Shown here piece after piece: positions 56,634 to 64,000 of a stretch of DNA of 64,000 bases. The stretch lies in NCBI GenBank assembly GCA_965199825.1, contig OZ241329.1, positions 2,080,001-2,144,000 of the forward strand, in the 5' to 3' direction. The notes beneath the pieces are model-generated. The model was not told the DNA's origin. It did no database searches and worked only from the letters and a program-made list of their open reading frames with translations. The translations under genes and the position numbers were made by a program. The DNA is from Bdellovibrionales bacterium. Lineage in GTDB: Bacteria; Bdellovibrionota; Bdellovibrionia; Bdellovibrionales; UBA1609. Position 1 is the first letter of the stretch, and each line of letters begins with the position of its first letter.

Positions 56634-58070
56634 TCACTGATTTGAGACGAGGCTACGCATTTTATCCAAAACTTTTTTTTCATTGAGCAGTTTAAGGGTC
56701 TTCGGGCTGACATAAATTCGGGGAATAAAATTGCGGTATTGGCTAAGGATGCTGACGAGCGAATTTGAGACATCCACCAAAAGTTTTGTTTCGCCGTTGC
56801 GGGTTTTGATCTTGACCGAATCCCGATTGAGGAGAGGTTTAAGCCCTTTGTGGTCGCGCTTAATATGATCGATATGTTTGGTGAACATCACATCTTTCTG
56901 GGGAATATCATAGATCATCCAGGCATTGGGATCGAGAGTTTTGAGCTCGGCTTGAAGCCAATCTACGGTGTGTAACACCTGAGCGACTACTTGTTTGCGA
57001 TGCTCATCACTTTGAATCAGTGTCGGCACAACCGGTGCAATTTTAATTTGTGCCGGTGGGATGCGCCGAACAAGAAGTTCTGAGAGTTCGCGAATCATCG
57101 GATGGCTTTTTTTACCGTTAAGATATTCATCCAGCTTCGCCATAAAATAAGAATCGTTAAAACTAAAAAACTCATTCGGATTTTGTGAAACCTGATCCAT
57201 CAATTGTTCAAAGGAATAAGAAATTCCATTTTCCAAAAAGTACTCTTGGATTTTTGCCGCGATCAAATCGAATTTGTATCCGGTGCCATCGTTAATGATT
57301 TGCGAATACCAAAAATAACGACTCATCAAAAAACTATCCACCATAGTCAGAGCTTCTTCATCGATACAGAGCATTTCCTGATCGGCAACCGTACTCGTGG
57401 TAAAATTGCGAATCAGATAATCCATATCGTAAACACCAAGCTTGATTCCGGTGTGTTGGGCATCGCGAATCAAATAATCCATACGATCGGCATCAATATC
57501 TGAATGCATCAATTGATTTGCCAAAAGATTCGAGGATTTGCCCGCGATAATTCGAGACAGTTCGAGGGGATCAATCCCTTCTTCTTTTAAAATTTTTGTG
57601 ATGCCCCCTTCAAAATCGGTATTCAAAATCAGATGAGATCCTAAGACCTCATGGTTTGAAACATACTTGGTTTTTCCGGCGGTCTGTTGGTGACGCCAAT
57701 GATTGATATAACCAAGCTCAATTGAGTGCGAAAACGGAAAGGTGCCGATGTCATGAAGCATAGCCGCAAGACGCATCATGCGATGAAAAGTTGTTTTTTC
57801 GTCGCGAGCGAGAGGATTAAATAATTTTTCGCCGCTCACCGCATGCCCAATGGAATGCAGAATTTTGTCCATCACAAATAATACACCAAGGGCGTGAGCA
57901 TGGCGGGTGTGAGTCGCACCTGGAAAAATATAAAAGCTAAACCCAAGCTGGCGAATCCACCTTAAGCGCTGATAATAAGTGGTTTCAAGTATTCGCGCCT
58001 CGACCCGGTTGAGATGGATGTGGCCATGAATATTGTCAAAGATCACTTTCTTATCGAGTTCTTTCGCCAT
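56634..58070 (-). CDS. HD-domain phosphohydrolase, dNTP triphosphohydrolase/SAMHD1-like
   Basis: DNIHG, QRLRWIRQLG, PGATHTR..H.LG, LHDIG..PFSH, DADRMDY..RD. Confidence 0.88.
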   Translation of the reverse strand: MAKELDKKVIFDNIHGHIHLNRVEARILETTYYQRLRWIRQLGFSFYIFPGATHTRHAHALGVLFVMDKILHSIGHAVSGEKLFNPLARDEKTTFHRMMRLAAMLHDIGTFPFSHSIELGYINHWRHQQTAGKTKYVSNHEVLGSHLILNTDFEGGITKILKEEGIDPLELSRIIAGKSSNLLANQLMHSDIDADRMDYLIRDAQHTGIKLGVYDMDYLIRNFTTSTVADQEMLCIDEEALTMVDSFLMSRYFWYSQIINDGTGYKFDLIAAKIQEYFLENGISYSFEQLMDQVSQNPNEFFSFNDSYFMAKLDEYLNGKKSHPMIRELSELLVRRIPPAQIKIAPVVPTLIQSDEHRKQVVAQVLHTVDWLQAELKTLDPNAWMIYDIPQKDVMFTKHIDHIKRDHKGLKPLLNRDSVKIKTRNGETKLLVDVSNSLVSILSQYRNFIPRIYVSPKTLKLLNEKKVLDKMRSLVSNQ

Positions 58071-58117
58071 ATAACTGAATTCCTCCGTTTTGAATCGTAT
58101 AACAATAAGGTCTCAAT

Positions 58118-58789
58118 ATGCCATTCAGTCTTGTGGAATTTGGCGCAAAAGTTGGATTGTTTTTTGTTCCTTTTCTTTTTGCACTTTGTTTTCATGAATT
58201 TGCGCACGCCTACGTTGCAAAATTAAAAGGCGATCGCACCGCCGAAATTATGGGGCGCCTGACCTTAAATCCTTTGGCTCATATTGATTGGGTAGGCACA
58301 GTGATGCTCCCATTGCTGGCCCTTCAAACTTCATTTCCATTTTTTGGTTGGGCCAAGCCCGTTCCCATCAATGAAAAAAATTTTCGTAATCCCAAGAACG
58401 ATTGTTTTTGGGTGGCCATCGCTGGACCTCTCAGCAACATCTTGTTGGCCTTTGTGGGCTGGTTTTTAATCGTGCTGGTTCTGACCATTTTTAGAAATTT
58501 TCAATCTGCCTTGGCCCTTTTTGAAATGCTCAAAGTTTTTATTCAGATTAATTTATTTTTGGCGTTTTTTAATATGCTTCCACTTCATCCCCTTGATGGC
58601 GGAAAAGTGGCCGCCCGATTTTTATCTGCTGGTGCAAACCGTTGGCTCGAAGAAAATCAATTTGCTCTCCAAATGGGATTGATTGTTTTGTTTATCACCG
58701 GTGGATTTTGGTTTTTGGCTCAACCGGTTTATTTTGTGTGGGAACGATTTATTGGCACCGCAGTGATGATGGCCCAAGCCATTGGTTAG
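58118..58789 (+). CDS. Site-2 protease (peptidase M50)
   Basis: HEFAH, GRLTLNP, GWAKPVP, AGPLSN, NMLPLHPLDG. Confidence 0.93.
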   Translation: MPFSLVEFGAKVGLFFVPFLFALCFHEFAHAYVAKLKGDRTAEIMGRLTLNPLAHIDWVGTVMLPLLALQTSFPFFGWAKPVPINEKNFRNPKNDCFWVAIAGPLSNILLAFVGWFLIVLVLTIFRNFQSALALFEMLKVFIQINLFLAFFNMLPLHPLDGGKVAARFLSAGANRWLEENQFALQMGLIVLFITGGFWFLAQPVYFVWERFIGTAVMMAQAIG

Positions 58790-58847
58790 TGCGTCATTGA
58801 TCCCAGCATTTTGACAATCATTTTGTGACTGGACAATTATTAGGGCA

Positions 58848-59735
58848 GTGAGTTTAAACATCCATCTTGAACGATTCGAAGGCCCCCTTGCGCTGTTGCT
58901 GCATCTGATCCGCAAGGAAGAGATGGACATCTTTGATATCAATATCTATCAGATCACCAGCCAGTATCTTGATTTTATCAAAGCAATGAAGCAGCTCGAT
59001 CTTGAAAATGCGGGCGAGTTTGTGGCTCTTGCCGCAACCTTGATCCAGATCAAATCGCGAATGCTTTTGCCTCAATATAATGATCAAGGCGAAGTGATCG
59101 AATCCGAAGATCCTCGAAAAGAATTGATTCAGCGCCTTGTGGAATATCAAAAATTTCAAGATGCGGGCAAAAGACTTTATGAAAGACCTTTGCTTGGTCG
59201 CGACTTTTGGTTGCGCGGCGAAAAACTCGAATTGACCAGCGATGAGGAACAACAGGTTCATGTGGGAGACAATGCTCTTTTCGCATTGATCTCGGCCTAC
59301 AGGTCCACACTCAGAAATATTAAAAAGACGGTGCACAATGTGGCGATGTCGCTTCAAAGTGTTTCTGCACGGATTTTAGAATTGCGCGATCGTTTGGTCC
59401 TCGGCACTAAAGTGGGATTTTCTGAATTGATCACGGTCCCGGCTGAGGGCGGAAAACTCGAAGCCCGGTCGAATCAGGTGCTTGTCACATTCTTATCACT
59501 TCTTGAATTGGCAAAAATTGGTTTTGTTTCGCTCTTTCAAAGTGAAAATTTAAGTGAGATTCATATTGAATCCAAACAGCAGATTAATCACGATGTGGTC
59601 GTGCGAGTCGAAAGCTACGATGGGGCAAATCCGATTCCGGTGGTGATGCCGCAAGAATTTATTGAAGCACCTGAAGAGGTTGCGACCGATGAAGATATAT
59701 TGGCCGAAGAGCAGCGCATTCAGGGAGAAGCATGA
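58848..59735 (+). CDS. scpA: Segregation and condensation protein A
   Basis: FEGPLALLLHLI, IKSRMLLP, EDPR.ELI.RL.EY, TFLSLLEL. Confidence 0.94.
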   Translation: MSLNIHLERFEGPLALLLHLIRKEEMDIFDINIYQITSQYLDFIKAMKQLDLENAGEFVALAATLIQIKSRMLLPQYNDQGEVIESEDPRKELIQRLVEYQKFQDAGKRLYERPLLGRDFWLRGEKLELTSDEEQQVHVGDNALFALISAYRSTLRNIKKTVHNVAMSLQSVSARILELRDRLVLGTKVGFSELITVPAEGGKLEARSNQVLVTFLSLLELAKIGFVSLFQSENLSEIHIESKQQINHDVVVRVESYDGANPIPVVMPQEFIEAPEEVATDEDILAEEQRIQGEA

Positions 59736-60643
59736 ACGAAGTTTTAGAACAAGACCTATCACCTGAAGAGTCCACCGAACTTGATGAATTCGAGAGTGCC
59801 GAAATCGAAGACCTCGAAGCGGTTGAAGAAGAAAAAGCAATTTCGATTATCGAAAGTCTCTTATTTTCGACCGATCGCCCTTTAACTCTTTCGAGTTTTC
59901 GAAATGTGTTTAAGGGAACCACTGTGAAGTCGACACAAATTCGGCAGCATCTTCAAACCTTGCAGATTGAATATGCCGGAGGACGGCGCGGAATTTCGCT
60001 CGAAGAGATCAATGGGGGATATCAACTTAGAACCAAAGTCGAAAACATCGAGTATCTCAAGCGACAAATCAAAGTAAAACCGTTTAAGCTTTCGGGGCCA
60101 GCCCTCGAGGTTTTGTCGGTGATTGCTTATCAGCAGCCTTGCCCAAAATCAGGCGTTGATGAAGTCCGTGGTGTGGAGTCGGGACATTTGTTGAGAGCTC
60201 TGATGGAAAAAGGCTTGGTTCATTTTGAAGGACGATCTGAGCTCCCTGGAAAGCCCATGCTCTACTCAACCACAAAGAAATTTTTAGAAATCTTTGGGCT
60301 GCGCAATCTTCATGAGCTCCCATCCTTGTCTGAAATCGATGAGCTGATTCCTGAAGGCATTGATGCAGAAGAAGCCAAACCAAAATTAAGCGACATGACC
60401 GATATTTTATCTCAACAAGCCGACTCGAGTTACTCTCAAGGTGAGGACGAGTTGCTCAAGATCTCGAGTGATCTTGAAAGCATCACGACGAGCTCGGTAT
60501 TTTTTGAACAAGAAAAAGAGCGTGAGCGCAAAGCCCGTGATCAAGCCCGAGCCCAAGATATTCATGAACGACAGGTGATGGGCGAGACCATCGAGAATAA
60601 AGATCTCAAGTGGCTTGAAAAATATGAAGCCTCTTCTTTATAG
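59732..60643 (+). CDS. scpB: Segregation and condensation protein B
   Basis: IESLLF, GGYQLRT, LEVLSVIAYQQP, VRGV, PGKPMLY.TT..FL..FGL. Confidence 0.95.
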   Translation: MNEVLEQDLSPEESTELDEFESAEIEDLEAVEEEKAISIIESLLFSTDRPLTLSSFRNVFKGTTVKSTQIRQHLQTLQIEYAGGRRGISLEEINGGYQLRTKVENIEYLKRQIKVKPFKLSGPALEVLSVIAYQQPCPKSGVDEVRGVESGHLLRALMEKGLVHFEGRSELPGKPMLYSTTKKFLEIFGLRNLHELPSLSEIDELIPEGIDAEEAKPKLSDMTDILSQQADSSYSQGEDELLKISSDLESITTSSVFFEQEKERERKARDQARAQDIHERQVMGETIENKDLKWLEKYEASSL

Positions 60644-61157
60644 ATGTTTGCTTTCTGGATTTATTGTTTTTCATTTGATTACGATTTTGATTTTGCCCAA
60701 CAGCGACTCGATATTGTCCCGCCAAATTTCGCCGTGGTTAGCCCCTTATGCCAACACCTTTGGGCTCAACACCTCCTGGAGATTTTTTTCGCCTGAGCCC
60801 TCACCCGCGGTTTATTTTATTTACGATGCGATTGATGAGCAAAAAATAAAAAATTTTTGGCATGAACGCGAATTTGTTACGGGCAGTTGGCCACCACTTA
60901 CGCCTAAAGGCATGTGGACCGAAAATATAAAACGGCTTGTTTATCACTCGCGCTTCACGACCTCATCACAAGAGCGCACCGAGGTTTTTTTTGGTAGCCT
61001 TCTGTGCCGATTTTATCCCGAGGCTGGCACAATATCGGTTCGAACAATCATCAAAGAGATTCCAAGTTTAGAAAAAGCCAAGTTCGAAAATCTAACTGCC
61101 AAAGAATCGGTAAAAGATCAAACCATCAATCAAACCGAGTTTACGTGCGCAAAATAA
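60624..61157 (+). CDS. Membrane-anchored hypothetical protein, SdpA/DUF5819-like
   Basis: N-terminal TM segment, GLNTSWRFFSPEP motif, directly upstream of an HTTM gene. Confidence 0.55.
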   Translation: MKPLLYRCLLSGFIVFHLITILILPNSDSILSRQISPWLAPYANTFGLNTSWRFFSPEPSPAVYFIYDAIDEQKIKNFWHEREFVTGSWPPLTPKGMWTENIKRLVYHSRFTTSSQERTEVFFGSLLCRFYPEAGTISVRTIIKEIPSLEKAKFENLTAKESVKDQTINQTEFTCAK

Positions 61158-62059
61158 TTTTGAGGTGGAATCAGTTTTGGTTTGAAAATGTGGACCTTCA
61201 ACCTGTTTGCTTATTTCGTTGTCTTTTAAGCTGCACACTTTTTGTGATGTATCTGATTCGTTTTCAAGACCGCGACATTCTTCATTATGAAAATGGTCTT
61301 TTAACCAGCGCTCTGGCAAAAGAATTTTTGCCCGATTTTTACCGTGCCCCATTTTCGATTTTGCCGACCTCAGACAATATGGTTTTGTTATTTAGTCTGG
61401 GGCTCTTGGCAGGCCTCTTGTTGTTGAGTTTTGGACTGATCAACCGATTTGCCACATGGATTGTTTTATTTCTTCATTTGAGTTTGATTGAACGCAATTA
61501 CACCGTGATTTACGGGGCGGATCTGATTGCAAGCGTGTGGCTGTTTTATTTAGGATTTATCAATCACACCCAGGCTTACTCCTTAAGAAAGACACAAAAC
61601 AAAAAAGATTTATTAAGTTCGATGGGCTTGCGGCTGCTACAAATTCAGTTGTGTGTGATCTATGGCTATTCGGGTCTAGAAAAACTTAAAGGCACCGCTT
61701 GGTGGGACGGCAGTGCGGTGTGGAAGGTTTTAACCAACGAACAACTCGCCCCCATCGACTTTCATTTTTTAAGTCATGCGCCGTCGTTTTTGGCCCTCAC
61801 CACCATGTTGACCGTGATCTTTGAGGTTTATTTTCCGGTGATCGTTTGGATTCCGATATTAAGGAGGGTTTGGCTCCTCGTGGGATTGTCATTTCATATC
61901 GCAGCAGCCCTATTTATGGGGCTGCCGTTTTTTTCGATTGTGATGGGGCTGAGCTATTTGGTTTTTTTGACGAATAACGAAATGAGCAATCTAAATTCTG
62001 TTTATTTTAAGCCAATGGCCGCAACCATCTTTTTAGCAATCAAACCGAGCAAAAATTGA
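61145..62059 (+). CDS. HTTM-domain membrane protein (SdpB/VKGC-like)
   Basis: WNQFWF, RN..IYGAD, QIQLCVIY..SGLEKL.G..WWDGSA, FEVYFP, FHI. GTG start at 61145 chosen. Confidence 0.8.
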   Translation: MRKIILRWNQFWFENVDLQPVCLFRCLLSCTLFVMYLIRFQDRDILHYENGLLTSALAKEFLPDFYRAPFSILPTSDNMVLLFSLGLLAGLLLLSFGLINRFATWIVLFLHLSLIERNYTVIYGADLIASVWLFYLGFINHTQAYSLRKTQNKKDLLSSMGLRLLQIQLCVIYGYSGLEKLKGTAWWDGSAVWKVLTNEQLAPIDFHFLSHAPSFLALTTMLTVIFEVYFPVIVWIPILRRVWLLVGLSFHIAAALFMGLPFFSIVMGLSYLVFLTNNEMSNLNSVYFKPMAATIFLAIKPSKN

Positions 62060-63999
62060 ATCTCTTTATCTTTGTAATCAACATCAGTGGGCATTTCTAA
62101 AATTTTACGAGCACGTTCTCGCGTCAAAGCCGAAACAATTCTAAAATGACGTTTATCATTTAAGAAGCTGAGCAGTCTTAAATTTTCGAGAACTTTTAGT
62201 CTTTCGGAATCTTCTGGGATTTTGTGTTCAATATATAACTGCGCTGTAGTGCTAAATGTTTTTAGCGCTGTAAGTGTATTTGGAACCGGAATTTGCAAGA
62301 GCTCGCAACTTAAGATCGCTAGAACTGTGAGAGCCCGAGCAACCTCTTGATTTCGCTGATCAGGACGGGGCGAATGGACTTTGATGTAACTCATCCAATC
62401 CCGTGCCGTACTTTCGAGATCTGTTAAGACAGTGTTGAGTTGTTCGGGCGAGAGATTTGAAAATAAACTCATCGCTTCAGAAAATTTTGGGTCGTCTAAA
62501 ACTTCGTTTTGGTAATCCAAAAATAAAGATTTATAAATATCTGAATCGCTCAGCTGCGATGGGGCTTTGAAAACGAAATAAAGCGGTTGTTGTTCTTCAG
62601 TGATGACTTGCGCAAAAGCACCTTGAGTGTCGAGCGATGTTGTAGACAAAACGTAGCGCAGGATGCGGGCATCTTCACCGATACTTTGGTATTCGATTAC
62701 ACTTTGTTTCACTCGTTCTTCCATTGGAGCGCCAAAAGTTTCGAAGTAAATCTTTTGAATCGATTCAATATCACCCGTTCGAACCGCGTTAAGCGAAAAA
62801 ACCAACCCAATTATTTTTTTGTAGGATTCTACCACAAAATATTGTGGGCCTGTGTCCCAAGGTTTTTTAAGTTGGGTTTGAATTTTGGGAGTCTTGAATC
62901 TTGTTGCGCTTTGGCGCGGTCCTGGCCCAGCGATGTCTTTTATCACACTCATCTCGATCCCGTCGGAAAAGTGAGGAAATAAAAGAGTGTGGGCTCGGCC
63001 TTCATCGTCAACAACCACAATCATCTGGTTGTTGTAGTTCGTAAGTTCTGATGGGGTGATTTGAGTTTGCTGAAGATGTACTAATCGGGAGTTGTATTGG
63101 CCATCTTTCGTATTTAACAATCCAAATGCTTTCTTGGCTTTAGCCGAAAGTGCAGTACCAAATAGAGTGCGAAAGCTTTTTTCAACATCAGTAACATTAA
63201 GAATTTTATAAACATTGATTGCAAGTGCAATGGGTTTGTCGGTTTCTAAAATAGCAAAATCGAGATTTGGGAGGGCAACACCTTTATTGATATCTGAAAT
63301 ATGAATCACGTTGGATTGATATTGTGTTTGATCAAGACTTCTTTGAATGACGGCTTGGATGTATGTTTCACTTGCGGCAACGCCTAGAGCAGCTTGTTTT
63401 TCGAGTGCTTCATCAAAACGGCTCAAAATGTTAAAGTCTTTTTCAGGCATAACAATGTATTTTGGGTTTCCGTCGTTGTCTTGAAATACCAAGTGAGATT
63501 TTTTTTGCTTTACGTCTTCTAAATATTTGCTCAGGCGTGGCATTGTGATGCCTTTGACCTTTGTTATCACATAAGGGCGTCGAAACATGGCAAATTGAAA
63601 ATGTTTATTCTGTTGCGATTGGAAGAGCTCATAATTTAAGATTGTGAATTGAGGTTTTAAAAGATTTAAGCTAAAATCTACGGACTGATGAGCATCAACA
63701 TGCTTAAGTAACTTTTCGAAATCAATTTGAAATTTGCTGCTTGATAAATTTTGTTTATCTGATGTTTCAATTCGATTGGATTCTACTACGATGGGTTTAA
63801 TCCAATTCAGTTGTGAAACCGACTTGAGTTCATATACAAAGCTTTTTATATTCTTCTCGTCACCAACTACAGTGAAAATATAGAGCCGGTTATTAGCGGC
63901 CAACTTTTCGGACTCGGTCAGCTCTGTTAAAAGGGCCACTCCAAAGCCATGGGCCAGGTGTAATAAATCATTTTGAATTTTGGGTTTGCTTTGGTTACT
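62002..63999 (-). CDS. Large hypothetical protein, 5'-truncated by the window edge, with repeated Phd/YefM-like units
   Basis: The reading frame stays open upstream of 63939 to the window end (more than 660 codons); internal repeated motifs. Confidence 0.75.
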   Translation of the reverse strand, partial: SNQSKPKIQNDLLHLAHGFGVALLTELTESEKLAANNRLYIFTVVGDEKNIKSFVYELKSVSQLNWIKPIVVESNRIETSDKQNLSSSKFQIDFEKLLKHVDAHQSVDFSLNLLKPQFTILNYELFQSQQNKHFQFAMFRRPYVITKVKGITMPRLSKYLEDVKQKKSHLVFQDNDGNPKYIVMPEKDFNILSRFDEALEKQAALGVAASETYIQAVIQRSLDQTQYQSNVIHISDINKGVALPNLDFAILETDKPIALAINVYKILNVTDVEKSFRTLFGTALSAKAKKAFGLLNTKDGQYNSRLVHLQQTQITPSELTNYNNQMIVVVDDEGRAHTLLFPHFSDGIEMSVIKDIAGPGPRQSATRFKTPKIQTQLKKPWDTGPQYFVVESYKKIIGLVFSLNAVRTGDIESIQKIYFETFGAPMEERVKQSVIEYQSIGEDARILRYVLSTTSLDTQGAFAQVITEEQQPLYFVFKAPSQLSDSDIYKSLFLDYQNEVLDDPKFSEAMSLFSNLSPEQLNTVLTDLESTARDWMSYIKVHSPRPDQRNQEVARALTVLAILSCELLQIPVPNTLTALKTFSTTAQLYIEHKIPEDSERLKVLENLRLLSFLNDKRHFRIVSALTRERARKILEMPTDVDYKDKEIQFLLGLIAKKMVAAIGLK

Positions 64000-64000
64000 T

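Noticed and set aside
1..64000. tRNA, rRNA, riboswitches, prophage genes, clear Rho-independent terminators
   Set aside because: None recognisable by eye. Intergenic gaps are mostly very short. An Infernal/tRNAscan run would be needed to exclude small RNAs.

Overview
Gene-dense chromosomal window of moderate GC content. It is probably from a Bdellovibrionota-like bacterium, inferred from an FQNC lipoprotein, a TIGR04552-like gene, a solo LuxR and many secreted orphans. The housekeeping content is der, a purM-X-purBCSQLF cluster, ldcA-serine hydrolase-mpl murein recycling, J-domain/MoxR/DUF58/TgpA, mutS, hflX, maeB, fadIJ, hbd-crt-icmF, czcCBA, an LTA-synthase-family sulfatase, an HD hydrolase, a site-2 protease, scpAB and an SdpAB-like pair. 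The main accessory signals are six. (1) A ~1.3 kb HUH (Y1) nuclease/transposase locus has a ~46-bp-period non-coding repeat array at its 3' end and mirror-image GT-rich/CA-rich ends. (2) A 1022-bp IS1/IS1595-like element has TIRs and a 4-bp AGCT duplication, and removing it restores the neighbouring stop codon. (3) Three tandem, highly diverged secreted paralogs of an unrecognised family follow a sigma54-like promoter. (4) A RelA/SpoT-synthetase-like orphan lies directly after fadIJ. (5) A large edge-truncated ORF contains tandem Phd/YefM-like units. (6) Promoter motifs suggesting leaderless transcripts recur. No rRNA, tRNA or CRISPR array was seen. All calls come from reading the sequence by eye; no searches were run.
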